From Vicinamibacteria bacterium (GTDB lineage: Bacteria; Acidobacteriota; Vicinamibacteria; Marinacidobacterales; Marinacidobacteraceae): DNA of 64,000 nucleotides. Where the stretch lies: assembly GCA_963668695.2 (NCBI GenBank), contig CAXXLQ010000004.1, forward strand, positions 3,520,001 to 3,584,000. Reading direction: 5' to 3'. Below are positions 21,514 through 31,650 of the stretch, piece after piece (position 1 is the first letter of the stretch; each line of letters starts with the position of its first letter). The notes under the pieces were generated by a model. It did no database searches. It saw only the letters and a list, made by a program, of their open reading frames with translations, and had not been told where the DNA came from. Both the position numbers and the translations under genes were made by a program.

Positions 21514-23037
21514 CTACGTCCGTGAAAGCCGCGGGTCTTCTCCGAAGGGCATGCCCCCTCCCCGGAACACCTGCTTCGGATCGAACTCCCGCTTCCACCG
21601 GATGCCCGTCTCCAGCGCCTCTCCGTAGTGTTCCTCCCATTCCCTGGGCCCCTAGCAGCCTGTGGACAAAGTCACGCGGCGTTCGAGCGGCGATGCATCC
21701 CGCCTGAACCGCGCCGCTTCGCTTCGCTCATCGTTGCGCTTCGGTCGAAATACACTCGGGCCAGTTCTCCCGGTGGGGGCTCCTCCCTCGCGCGCCTTGT
21801 CAGCCGGGCGCCTCGCCGCTCTCGGCGCTCACGCCACTTTATCCACAGGCTGCTAACCGACGCTGCCTGACAGATAGCTCTTTCCTCCGAGTTCCACGAG
21901 CGTTCTGTCGACTTCCTTCAGCCGGCGCGCCAGGTCTCTTGCCCGCTCGAATCGGCTCAGCACCGCAAGGATCGAATACGAAATCATGCGTTCGCCGCTT
22001 GGATGCATGAAGAGCGGGGCGTCGATCGCCCCCGCCCGGATCGGGTAGAAGCCGATCCAACTGAAGGGTGCGCGCGGCATCCCGCCCGGGTCCAGCCAAG
22101 GCTGGACGGTCAATGCTCGGAGGGTATCCCAGGGCAGGAACCAGTCCCGCCACGGGTGATGGTTCCGCCGCAGGAATCCCCATTTCGGCCACATTGCGGC
22201 GCGTCCGACTTCGGCCGTGTCGTGCACGGCTGCGATCTCGTCGTATCCCAACCCTTCGAGGGCCCTTTCTTCGTCGTGGACCTCGTCGTACTCGGCGCCG
22301 CCGCTCAAGATGATCTCCTGTTCGTGGATCCGGGTCTGGGCCCGCAGATGATCGAAGCGGCCTTCCTCGACGAGCCCTTCGAAATCACTGGCGAACCGGT
22401 CGAGATCCCGGTAGCGGAGTTCGTACAACCGGATCCGGGCGCCGGCCTTCCGCAGCCGGATCCACGCGTCGGTGATGATGCCGAAGTGCCCCTGGCCACC
22501 CCTCACGGCGTCAAATAGCTCCGCGTTCCGGGTGCGCGAACACCGGTACCGCTCACCGGTTCCGGTCACCACCTCGAGCTGCTCGACCTGGGCAATCTGC
22601 ACCCCGTACCGGTGCGAGGTGGTTCCGAGTCCCCCGGCAGACAGCGTTCCACCAACGGTCGCCTCGGCGACGTCCACGAGCACCCGGGGCAGCCGGCCGG
22701 TGCCCTCCAGCAGATCCACTATCCCGCCCCAGGGCGCTCCGCCCTGAGCGCGGATCAGGTCGCGTCCCACCGGTTCGATTCGCTTGAGCCGCATCATGTC
22801 GATGACCAGGCCACCGTCCGAGAGGCTTTGTCCACCCTGGGAGTGGCCTCCTCCGCGAACCGTCACCGGGACCTGGTCGCCGGCCGCCCGGCGGACGATG
22901 TTCGATACCTCCTCGACGCGCCCGGGAGTCGCCACCGCTCGGGGCATCCTCCGGATCATTCCTCCGAAGTCGAACGACCGTGCTTCCCGGTCTTCCGGGT
23001 TCGTGCTGACCCCGGGGAACTGACCCAGTCCGATCAT
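21514..23037 (-). pseudogene. FAD-linked oxidase, cytokinin-dehydrogenase-like, interrupted by MITE
   Basis: RGGGHS FAD motif, TVGGTLS.GG, GG.G.FGIIT, HPW.DWFLP. C-terminal WEEHYG...K..FDP continues at 21651-21514 beyond the element. Confidence 0.85.
21656..21852 (-). mobile_element. MITE-like element copy (reverse orientation)
   Basis: Same TIRs as copy 1. Flanks CTAG / CTAA. Confidence 0.9.
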
Positions 23038-23096
23038 CCCAGTCCGATCATCCCAGTCCGATCATCCCAGTCCGGTCATCCCAGTCCGATCATCCA
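23024..23096. repeat. 14-bp tandem repeat, ~5 copies
   Basis: Unit CCCAGTCCGATCAT (minus strand ATGATCGGACTGGG). Confidence 0.9.
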
Positions 23097-23132
23097 GCCC
23101 ACGCCTCCCGGCCGGCGGTGCGGCGCTGCCCA

Positions 23133-24548
23133 CTATTCGCCGGCGGCGCGACGGGCGGCGATGGCTTCGAGGGCCTCGGCGATGTCGGCGGCGCTCAGGT
23201 AGCGGCCCCCCGCTACGACTCCCGCGATCTCGCGGGTGGCTCCGATGTCTTCGAGGGGATTCGACTCCAGGAGGAGCAGGTCCGCCCGGTTTCCGGGCGC
23301 GATGACCCCGAAATCGGCGGCGATTCGTCCACCGCGGGCAACGTGCTCGGCGACGATCCGGGTTCCGGATTCCAACACCTCATAAGGAGTCATGCCCGCC
23401 TCGACGTAGGACGCCGCCTCCCGGTGGATCGAAAATCCGGGGACGCTGAAGATCTGCGGCGAATCCGTGCCGAGGAGGATGCGCGCGCCGGCCTCATCCA
23501 ACGCGCCGAGGATTTCCCGCCGGAGAGCCGCGATCCGCCGGGTGTTCTCGGCCCCGTAACGCTCGAGCCCGGAGTCCACCGCCTCCGTCCAATTGGCGAC
23601 CGTCTCGACGGGCATGTACCGGATCTCCGGCCTTTCCGCCTTGAGATCATCGGACGGCCGCGTCGGCAGGATCCCCGACTCCCAGAGGACGATCGTGGGC
23701 ACGACCCCCGACCCGCTGGCTTGGAGCGCCTCGATCACCGCGGGCAGCCGGTCCCGGTCCACGAGTTCCGAGAGCCCCGCTATTCCCCTCAGCGCCTCCA
23801 TCCCGCCGCGGGATTCCTCCGGAATCAGCGCCTCGACGAAGTTGTCGAGGTGGTCCACGGTGTCCTGGCCGGCTGCGAGCGCGGCAAGGAGACCAACCTC
23901 ATCCGAGACGTGCCCGGCGAACGGAATCCCGACCTCCCTCGCGGTCTCCGCGAGCGCGGCGTAGGTCTCGGGAGAGAGCCCTTCGTGGACCTTGAGGAGA
24001 TCGAAGCCCGCATCGTGGTACGCCCGAACCAATCGGACCGCCTCGTCCGGCGTTTCGATGCGGCCGCTCATGGAGGGACTGCCAACGATCAGCCGGGGCC
24101 CGATGAGTTGGCCTGCCTCGATCCCGTCGCGGAGTTCGAGCTGGCTCTCGTGCCCCTGCATCCCGCGGACGGTGGTCACCCCATTGGCCACGTAGAGCAT
24201 CAGCACGTCTTCGGTGAGCGCCGGAGGGCTGTTCGCTCCGGGAAGGTGGCCGTGCATCTCGACGAGTCCGGGAATCAGGAAGCGGCCTGCTCCGGACACT
24301 ACGGCGGTATCGGCCCCGAGCGTGACCTCCGCGGCCGGCAGCACCGCCGCGATGCGGCCGTTCTCCACCAACACCGTGTGGTCTGCCAACACCCGTTCGC
24401 TGTCCATCGGGAGGACCGTCGCCGAAACGATCGCGAGATCCGCGCCGGGCACGGTCGGCTCCGGCGCGCAGCCAAGGTTCGCGAGCAGCAGCGAGAGCGG
24501 CAGGACGGGGAGGCTCCGGGACCTCGCGTCACGTTTCGTTCGGATCAT
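23133..24548 (-). CDS. Amidohydrolase family protein (probable lipoprotein)
   Basis: Signal peptide ending in LGC, PGL.EMHGH, GVTTVR, GTDS, G.I.PG.RADL.LL..NPL.DI. Confidence 0.9.
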   Translation of the reverse strand: MIRTKRDARSRSLPVLPLSLLLANLGCAPEPTVPGADLAIVSATVLPMDSERVLADHTVLVENGRIAAVLPAAEVTLGADTAVVSGAGRFLIPGLVEMHGHLPGANSPPALTEDVLMLYVANGVTTVRGMQGHESQLELRDGIEAGQLIGPRLIVGSPSMSGRIETPDEAVRLVRAYHDAGFDLLKVHEGLSPETYAALAETAREVGIPFAGHVSDEVGLLAALAAGQDTVDHLDNFVEALIPEESRGGMEALRGIAGLSELVDRDRLPAVIEALQASGSGVVPTIVLWESGILPTRPSDDLKAERPEIRYMPVETVANWTEAVDSGLERYGAENTRRIAALRREILGALDEAGARILLGTDSPQIFSVPGFSIHREAASYVEAGMTPYEVLESGTRIVAEHVARGGRIAADFGVIAPGNRADLLLLESNPLEDIGATREIAGVVAGGRYLSAADIAEALEAIAARRAAGE

Positions 24549-24651
24549 CGGCGCCTCCCCGGACAAATCCGGTGCGGACGCGGATTATCCAACGGCGGCA
24601 CCGGGCCCCGATGGCGGAGTGGGAAACTAACCGCCGGAGGACGAAGTTGTA

Positions 24652-25722
24652 GTGACGCTGCGGATCGAGATCTGGGGGCCGCCGCTCGGGCCCGTGACCG
24701 GCGGGAACATCTACGACCGGATGCTCGCCCAGGGACTTCGGGCGCGGGGCCACGACGTGACGATTCGCGAGTTCGGCGGCGGGAGCGGGAACGCCCGGAG
24801 CGGGAACGCCCAAGATCCGTCCCGACCGCCCGACGTGGTGCTGCAGGACGAACTGCTGCACCCGACGTTCCTCCGCAAGAACCTGTCCTGGAAGAGGCCC
24901 CGGCCGCGCATCGTCGCGCTTGTCCACCACCTGCAGAGTTCCGAACCCGAGCGGGGCGAAGCGGAACTTGGGCGGCTCCGGCAGGAGGAGCGCGCGTACC
25001 TGGAGACCGTAGACGGCGTCCTTTCCCCGAGCCGGGCCAGCGTGGAAGCGGCCCGCCAGCTCTCCGGAAGACCGCTTCCGGCCGCGGTTGCAGCTCCGGG
25101 ACGGGACCGGTTCGCGGGAGCGGCGCTGCCTCCGCTCCCCGGCCCGAGCGAGATCTCGGCCCGCGCCTCCGGGCCGCTCACGGCGGCCTTCGTCGCGAAC
25201 CTCATCCCCCGGAAACGGCTGCTCGAAGTGCTGGAAGCAGTGGCCACCGTTCCGGAGTGGTCGCTCTCGGTCGCCGGACGTGAAGATGTCGACCCGGGCT
25301 ATGCCGACCGGGCGCGCCGGCGAGCCGCCGCTTCCGACCTCCGCGGGCGGGTGACCTTCGAGGGAGTGCTCGGACCCGAGGCGTTGGCCGCGCTCCTCCG
25401 GAAGAGTTGCCTGCTGGTAGTCCCCTCGACCCACGAGGGGTTCGGGATCGTCTATCTGGAGGGGTTCGCGTTCGGCCTCCCGGCACTCGCCGCAGCCTCC
25501 GGCGGCGCCCCGGAAGTCGTGAGCGAAGGCGAAACCGGCTGGCTGATTCGCTCCCCGGACGGCAAGGGCGCCTCGGAGCGCGTCGCCGAATGTCTACGTC
25601 TGCTCGCCGCAGATCGCGGCCGCCTGGCCACCATGGGGCTCCGCGCCGCCGCACGACACCGTAGGCATCCCACCTGGGGGCAGAGTTCGGCCACGGCGGA
25701 AGGGGTCCTCGCGCCTCGATAG
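24652..25722 (+). CDS. Glycosyltransferase family 4
   Basis: TGGNIYDR, LVHH, N.IPRK, PS..EGFGIVYLE..A.GLP. Confidence 0.9.
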   Translation: MTLRIEIWGPPLGPVTGGNIYDRMLAQGLRARGHDVTIREFGGGSGNARSGNAQDPSRPPDVVLQDELLHPTFLRKNLSWKRPRPRIVALVHHLQSSEPERGEAELGRLRQEERAYLETVDGVLSPSRASVEAARQLSGRPLPAAVAAPGRDRFAGAALPPLPGPSEISARASGPLTAAFVANLIPRKRLLEVLEAVATVPEWSLSVAGREDVDPGYADRARRRAAASDLRGRVTFEGVLGPEALAALLRKSCLLVVPSTHEGFGIVYLEGFAFGLPALAAASGGAPEVVSEGETGWLIRSPDGKGASERVAECLRLLAADRGRLATMGLRAAARHRRHPTWGQSSATAEGVLAPR

Positions 25723-26316
25723 GCCGGTCTCGGCGCAGGACCGGAACCGAAATCCCGCCCCAAGCTGGGCGACGGCCGCTCCCGCCGACAAGTAGTCTCC
25801 GGGAGACGACCGGAGGGTCATGATCTCGCCGGCGAGCTGGCTGACGATCAGTTCTCGGGCGGAACGTCGGGCCTCGATCTCAAGGAGCGCGGCAAGGGCC
25901 GTATCGAGCACCGAGCGAAGTCCGCCGCCGCCGCCAGCCTGCCGGATTTCGGTTTCGAGCAACTCCACCCGTTCGCGCAGGGCCTCCGTCTCGCGTTCGA
26001 GGCCCGGCGCCGTCTGCCGGGCGATGGCATCCCCGGCCTCGGCGCGGTCCCCAGGAACGACCAGGACTTCCACGAGGTGCCCGGGCTCGGCTGCCATCAC
26101 CTCGTAGCGATCGCCGGGCTCGATCAGAACCCCTTCCAGCCTGAGGCCGAGGGTGATGCTGCCGAAGAAGGCCCAAACCGCCAAGGCCAGCAGGAGCACG
26201 CCGATTCCCGCCAGCAGGAGGCGCTCGTGCGGCGCCGTTACCCGGAGCAGGTGGTCGAGCTGCTGGCGCTGATCCTTGCTGGCCAGAGCCTTTTCAAGGA
26301 ACTCTTTCCTGAACAC
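25594..26316 (-). pseudogene. NHLP-type bacteriocin secretion (HlyD-like) protein, C-terminally truncated
   Basis: FR...LE.......QLD.LLRVT.P, a TM segment, lipoyl half-motifs and a coiled coil. Similarity ends near 25765 and the ORF tail overlaps the GT4 end. Confidence 0.7.
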
Positions 26317-26370
26317 GGGGTGGTAATGCTCGGACCCGCCGGGGCGGGCCGGCAGAATACCAAACCGGAA

Positions 26371-27255
26371 TTACAGTTCGTGACGTAGTAGCAGCGGGAC
26401 ACCGCTCGTCTTCCCGCAACAAATCAGCCAGCCGAAGAAAACGGCCGCGAGCCCCCACCATCCGGTGGGGAAACCGGCCAGCCCGAGGATGCCCAGGGCG
26501 GCGGCAAGGAGAACGGCCGGCCGGCTGACAAAACGACGAAGTCCCTGCAGACGGGCAACCATGCGACGCGAACCGGCGCCCTGCGGATCCAGCCGGCCGC
26601 TCGCCAGCAGGTAGTCGCGAGCAAAGCCGGCCAGGAACGGGATTCCGAGCGCGAGCGTCGAAGGGAGCGCCCACTCGGGTTCGATACCCGGCACCAGGCA
26701 CACGGCGAGCAGGCCCATCTGGAATCCGGCGAGGCGGCGCCGGAACGAGCTCGGGGGTAGGTCGGCCAGTTGGCCGCCGAGCCGCCGCTCGACGAAGAGC
26801 GCCGCGCCGAAGAGATACCGGCCGAAGCCGGCGGCCAAATACCAGAGCGGCAACACTCCCGCGATGAGAACGGCGATCCCGCTCGCCGCCGCCAGACCGA
26901 GGGCGTCGGTTTCTGCGTCGAGCCGGGCGCCGAAAGCGCTCTCCGTACCCATGCGCCGGGCGACGACCCCGTCGAGCCCATCGGCGAGCGCGGCCAGACC
27001 GTACGCCAGCGCCGGAGCCCAGCCGAGCGCGTCACCGGCCTCCCGGACGAAAGCGAGCGACACCGCCATAAAGCCGCCGAGTCCGGCGAATACGACCAGC
27101 CGGGCGAGGGTGATCGCGTTCGCGGCCCCCAGCCGGCCCGGCGCCGGAGCGCCGTCCCGCCCGAACCGGACGGCGCGCACTACCAGAACGAACAGCGCCA
27201 GACCGATCAGGCCGGCGCTGGCGGCCAGCCCGCCCGGAAGGTCGGCCAGGGTCAA
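26371..27255 (-). CDS. CDP-alcohol phosphatidyltransferase family protein
   Basis: AN.ITL.R, DG.DG.VARR....S.FGA.LD.E.D. Confidence 0.9.
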   Translation of the reverse strand: MTLADLPGGLAASAGLIGLALFVLVVRAVRFGRDGAPAPGRLGAANAITLARLVVFAGLGGFMAVSLAFVREAGDALGWAPALAYGLAALADGLDGVVARRMGTESAFGARLDAETDALGLAAASGIAVLIAGVLPLWYLAAGFGRYLFGAALFVERRLGGQLADLPPSSFRRRLAGFQMGLLAVCLVPGIEPEWALPSTLALGIPFLAGFARDYLLASGRLDPQGAGSRRMVARLQGLRRFVSRPAVLLAAALGILGLAGFPTGWWGLAAVFFGWLICCGKTSGVPLLLRHEL

Positions 27256-27737
27256 AACCGGTACCCGAGGCTCAGCTTGAAGCGGCGCTGTTTGGGACTA
27301 TGGGTCAGGGAGTCGTACGCCAGCTCGTAGTTCACGAGCGGCGGCGCGCTGCCGGCGAGGTTGAGCGCCGAGCCGGTCACGGTGAACAGCCTGTGGTGAA
27401 ACCCGCGTGAGCGCCGAGGCCGGTGAGGCCCAGTTCTCCCGGTGGGGCCAGTTCTCCCGGTGGGGGCCCGGCTGACAAGGCGCGTGAGGGAGGAGCCCCC
27501 ACCGGGAGAACTGGCCCGGGTGTATTTCGACCGAAACGCAACGCAGAACGCAGCGAAGCGGAGTGGTTCAGCCGGGATGGATCGCCGGTCGAACGCCGCG
27601 TGGGTTTTGCCACAGGCTGTTAACCCACTATCGGGCCAGCGGTACTGCTGGCCGGCCGCGGCCAAAGGCGCCGCCACCAACGCGAACAGAGCCACCTTGG
27701 CCCAGAACACCAACCGATTCGTACATCCTGACAGCAT
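27252..27737 (-). pseudogene. Remnant of TonB-dependent receptor: signal peptide + MITE + C-terminal beta-strand, joined in frame
   Basis: N-terminal signal peptide (27737-27620). C-terminal NL....PP.....YD..TH.P..R.F.L.L.YRF (27386-27252). Confidence 0.65.
27387..27619 (+). mobile_element. MITE-like element copy carrying three micro-inserts
   Basis: CAGCCTGTGGTGAAACCC...GGGTTTTGCCACAGGCTG. Flanks TGAA/TTAA. Confidence 0.9.
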
Positions 27738-27863
27738 CGCAACACCCCCTTGGCCGTTACGAAAGCCGTGTCGAATTTACCCGACGCCCGTGCGGGCGTG
27801 CGTTCGCTGACACGGAGCGCGGCGGCTGGCCGGCGCCGATCAGCGCCTTTCGAGGATCGCCGG

Positions 27864-28883
27864 CTAACAGCCGGTGGTGGATCGGGTGGTCGAAGTTGTC
27901 AGCACCGCCAGCTCGACCGGGGGTTGAATCCCCGGCGTGCACTTGAGGGCGTGGAAGGTCGGGGTGCGGTTCAGCGCATCGTCTTCGATGGCGTCGGCCC
28001 GCAGTTTCAGGTGGGCGAATGTCTCACGGGTTGGAGCGAGGTGTCCGCCTCGAAGGCCCGCGGGCAGCATTTTCAAACTGACCGTCCCCCGCACGTTGCC
28101 GCCGATGGCCAGAATGCGTTCGCGATCCGGCTCCACCTTGACGACGATGTCGCAATGCATGCGGGCGCCGACGCCGAGATGACGGCGCCGCTGGGCGATG
28201 GACGTGTAGCTCGCCCGCCGGCTGCTGCACAGCAGATCGCCCGGCTCGACGGCGGTGTCGCCGGCGTCGTAGGCGGTGAACGCAGCCGGTGAAGACCCGG
28301 CATCGCGGGCGCGGATGGCTTGATCGACGTAGACGTGGTGGGCGATCGAGCGTCGGAACTGAGTCGAGCCGCCGAGTCCGGCCTCGCACATCACCCAGGA
28401 GACGAATGCCGCGGACCAGGGATCGCGCCAGCGCGAGGCCAGGCCATCCGGACCGTTCCACCTCCCGTTCTGACGATCGACCATCCAGGATCCCCGCGGC
28501 GTCGCCGCCCAATAACCGGCGATGGTCGATGCTACGCGGGCCCCCTCGATGGGGTCGACGCGCCGCCTCCACCATCGATACCGGCTTCGAGAGCTGGGAC
28601 GCTCCTCGATGGTCTGGTCCACCATCGAAAACCCGAAGAAGCCCCATTCCTGTACCGCGACGTCCACGATGCGCCGCCGCGTTTCTCCGGTTGGCAGGTT
28701 CCGGCAAGCGCTGGACTGGACGCTCATTTGTCCCGGCGGACCGTCCACCCCTGCCGAAGGCGGCGTGGCGTCGAACCGCTCGGGAGGAAGTCGTTCGAAG
28801 GGTTGGGGTTGCGCAAGCCCGTTGGCCGTTAGCGCCAGGATCGCCACGGCGCCCGCGAGTGTCAGAGAGATCGTCTTCATCAA
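27864..28883 (-). CDS. Secreted DUF2272-domain protein (papain/NlpC-like fold)
   Basis: Signal peptide, WSAAFVSWVM, GDLLC..R, HCDIVV, IGGNV. Confidence 0.85.
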   Translation of the reverse strand: MMKTISLTLAGAVAILALTANGLAQPQPFERLPPERFDATPPSAGVDGPPGQMSVQSSACRNLPTGETRRRIVDVAVQEWGFFGFSMVDQTIEERPSSRSRYRWWRRRVDPIEGARVASTIAGYWAATPRGSWMVDRQNGRWNGPDGLASRWRDPWSAAFVSWVMCEAGLGGSTQFRRSIAHHVYVDQAIRARDAGSSPAAFTAYDAGDTAVEPGDLLCSSRRASYTSIAQRRRHLGVGARMHCDIVVKVEPDRERILAIGGNVRGTVSLKMLPAGLRGGHLAPTRETFAHLKLRADAIEDDALNRTPTFHALKCTPGIQPPVELAVLTTSTTRSTTGC

Positions 28884-28896
28884 CGGTCACAACATA

Positions 28897-30489
28897 TCAA
28901 CGCGCCACGCCCTTGGCAGGCGCCCGGTCGGGAAAGAGCGCCGAGAGGTCGTGGGGAAAATCGCTCATTCGCCACGAGGTACCCGCATCGGGAACGAGCG
29001 TGCGGGTGAAGCCGAGTGCTTCCCAGGGACCAAGGAGTTCCGGGTCCCGGGAAAAGAGATGGATGGGAGTCGCCCAGGTGTCGCTGTCGTGCAGCGAGAG
29101 CTTCGGCGGCTGGTGGTCCCCGATCACGGCCACCAGCGCCCGGCGCGGCGCGAACTCGCGGAGGAAGCCGCCGAGGATCCGGAACTGGTACTCGAGGGCG
29201 GTGACGTAACGCTCGGAGAGTTCGGCGAGATCCCGGTAGTCGTCGTGAGCCACCGAGCGGAGCGGCCCCTCGTAGGCGGTTCCCGCGTCGAACCGGCTCC
29301 ACGGGGTGACATACGGCGGTATCGGCCAGTAGGGGATGTGGCTCATGATGAGCGAGACCTTGGCGAACAGCGGCTGGGTAGCGGTTCGGATCTCCCTCTC
29401 GTGGAGCGCATAGAGCGTGAACTGGTCCGGAACCTCCCACCAGCCCATCGCCGGCCCGCGGTAGCCGATTCCCGCGCGGTCGTAGATGTGATCGAAGCCG
29501 TACCAATCGCCCTCGGGCCACGCCCCCTGGATTCCCGGCTCGAACGCCACCGTCCGGTAACCGGCTTGCGCGAAGAGCCGTGCCAGGCTGACCCGGTCCG
29601 AGCGGACGAGCGCTTCGTAGCGCGCCTCCCGATCCACCCAGAGCCCGGAGAGGAGGGAAGCGTGGGCCCGCCAGGATCCGCCCCCGAAGGTGGGGCTCTG
29701 GATCTGGGCGGACCGGAAATCGAACCCCGCGGCCTCCGCGTCGGCGGCCCAGCGAGCCGCCGCTTCCCGGAGGCGCGATCCCCGCTCGGCGTCCTCGAAA
29801 GCCGCCACCCCGTAGGACTCCACGAAGATCACGTAGAGGTCGGCCCCTCCGAGGTCGGGCGCCCCGGGAAGCGGAGGCTCGGTCAGGGTGACTGCCCGGT
29901 CGATGACCGGAGCGGAGACGATCCGGAGGGCTGACCAGGCGGCCGATCCCCCGGGCGGCGACAGGTTTGGAAGGAGCAGCAAGACGCCGGCGGCCAGCGC
30001 GACCCCCACGCGGGAGCGACGGGTCAGGCGCCCGACCCGCGCGGCCAGAATGGCCATCGCCCACCAGTTGATCGCCACCACCACCGCGAGCAGCAGCGCG
30101 GCCAGTGGAACCGCGAGCCCGAGGGTCCAGGGAGACACCACCGTGCCGAGCATTTCGGCCACGTTGCCGAGGTGCGGCAGATCCCCGGCCGGGTCGAGCG
30201 GGCGGCCGAGCAGCTCGCGGGCGATCAGGTCCCCGATCCGCGCGGCGGCGGCAACGAGTACCGCGGACACCAGCACTCCCCGGAACCACCGCGGAAGGGT
30301 CGGCAAGCTGCGGGGGAGGAGGACGCCCAGAATCAGGAGGACGAGGACATCCGGCGAAACGGCGGCGACCGCACGCACCCAGGGCGGTTCGGGAGAAGCG
30401 GAGAGGGTGAGCAGCAGGTTCAGCCAGACAAGTGCGAGCAGTGCCAGCGGCCAGCCGCCCCGGCCCGCTTCGGCAGGCGTCCGGTTCAC
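28897..30489 (-). CDS. Membrane-anchored sulfatase/alkaline-phosphatase-superfamily protein
   Basis: N-terminal TMs, FVESYG, SPTFGGGSW.AH, VPDQ.TL, SH.P, GDHQP. Confidence 0.85.
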   Translation of the reverse strand: MNRTPAEAGRGGWPLALLALVWLNLLLTLSASPEPPWVRAVAAVSPDVLVLLILGVLLPRSLPTLPRWFRGVLVSAVLVAAAARIGDLIARELLGRPLDPAGDLPHLGNVAEMLGTVVSPWTLGLAVPLAALLLAVVVAINWWAMAILAARVGRLTRRSRVGVALAAGVLLLLPNLSPPGGSAAWSALRIVSAPVIDRAVTLTEPPLPGAPDLGGADLYVIFVESYGVAAFEDAERGSRLREAAARWAADAEAAGFDFRSAQIQSPTFGGGSWRAHASLLSGLWVDREARYEALVRSDRVSLARLFAQAGYRTVAFEPGIQGAWPEGDWYGFDHIYDRAGIGYRGPAMGWWEVPDQFTLYALHEREIRTATQPLFAKVSLIMSHIPYWPIPPYVTPWSRFDAGTAYEGPLRSVAHDDYRDLAELSERYVTALEYQFRILGGFLREFAPRRALVAVIGDHQPPKLSLHDSDTWATPIHLFSRDPELLGPWEALGFTRTLVPDAGTSWRMSDFPHDLSALFPDRAPAKGVAR

Positions 30490-31616
30490 GGCGATCCCGT
30501 GGGCGGCCGCTCGGGCCGGTAGTAGCGGTCGAGCGCCTCCAGACCGAGAAGGAGGTGGGCGCCGACGTAGAGGAAGGCATCGTCCGGAATCCGGTCATTC
30601 GCGGCGTTCGAGACCAGGAACGGGGCGAACGCCCGGATTCCGGTTTGGTCCCGCCGCCGCACGCTCATCTCGGTCAACGTGCCCCATATCTCGATGCCGG
30701 GGCGCTTCTGCCGCGCGGGTTCCCCGGTGCGGCCGTAGTAGGCGAGTCTGAGCCCGGGCATCCGCTCGCGGCAGAAACCGAGTACCCGCGACGCCACCTC
30801 GGGCGCTCCTTCGAGGGCCGTCGCGGCGATCGCCGCGGCGTTCGAGGTCTGGACGATGTCGTTCGGAGAAAACAGCAGCGTCCGGCGATCGTCGAAGAGG
30901 GTGGCCATCTCCGGCTGGAACACGTCGTAGAGAAGCCCGGCGGGGGTGCGGGCGGCCCGGATCACCTCGTAGCTTCTTGCCGCCAGGTCCGCGAGGTCCT
31001 GCCGGCCGGTGTCCCGGGCAACCCGCGCCAGGTAGTCGGGGGCATAGTCCACCAGGAAGGAGTTCGTCGCGAAGTCCCGGCTGCCGAAGTTGAAGTAGTT
31101 GCGGATGAGCAGCAGGCCGGCGGCGGCGCTCGCGTGCCGCTGGTAGCCGTCGAGGATCATCAGCGCCAGTTCGCGGTCTTCGCCGGCGCCGAAGGCGTGA
31201 GCGCCCTCCCAGAGCCCCTCGGAGATCCGCAGGGCCTCGGTGGTCCCGGAGGCGTCCGGGGCGTCCTCGGAATCGACCGGGACCGGCGACCGGCGCCAGA
31301 GCACGAAACCCCGGGTGTAGGGATCGTCCGGCTCGTCCACGATCAGCCGGCGCAGCGCGAACTCGCGAAGCGCGGCATACATCTCCCGGTCTTCCAGCCG
31401 CGCCGCCACCCGGAGCAATTCCCCGACGTCCACCGCGTACGCGAAACCGTCGGCCCGGGCGAACTCGCCGGCCAGCACCCTGCCCCGCACCTCGCCGTGG
31501 AGAGCGATCAGCGCCTCCCGCGTCGCCTCCGGCCCCGGCCAGGGAGAGCCGCGACAGGAGGAACCCGCGAGGATCGCGACGAGTCCCAGTGCCACCCGGA
31601 TCCGCTTCCGCCGCAT
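30486..31616 (-). CDS. Hypothetical lipoprotein (helical; weakly glycoside-hydrolase-like)
   Basis: MRRKR + hydrophobic stretch + SSC. Good coding-like GC3 pattern. Family not confidently recognised. Confidence 0.7.
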   Translation of the reverse strand: MRRKRIRVALGLVAILAGSSCRGSPWPGPEATREALIALHGEVRGRVLAGEFARADGFAYAVDVGELLRVAARLEDREMYAALREFALRRLIVDEPDDPYTRGFVLWRRSPVPVDSEDAPDASGTTEALRISEGLWEGAHAFGAGEDRELALMILDGYQRHASAAAGLLLIRNYFNFGSRDFATNSFLVDYAPDYLARVARDTGRQDLADLAARSYEVIRAARTPAGLLYDVFQPEMATLFDDRRTLLFSPNDIVQTSNAAAIAATALEGAPEVASRVLGFCRERMPGLRLAYYGRTGEPARQKRPGIEIWGTLTEMSVRRRDQTGIRAFAPFLVSNAANDRIPDDAFLYVGAHLLLGLEALDRYYRPERPPTGSP

Positions 31617-31650
31617 CGCCCCGAGGATAGCGGGACCGCAGACGTCCAGC

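Noticed and set aside
23024-23096. Phase-variable frameshift switch from the 14-bp repeat
   Set aside because: The gene-proximal ATG stays in frame whatever the copy number, and the gene is already disrupted.
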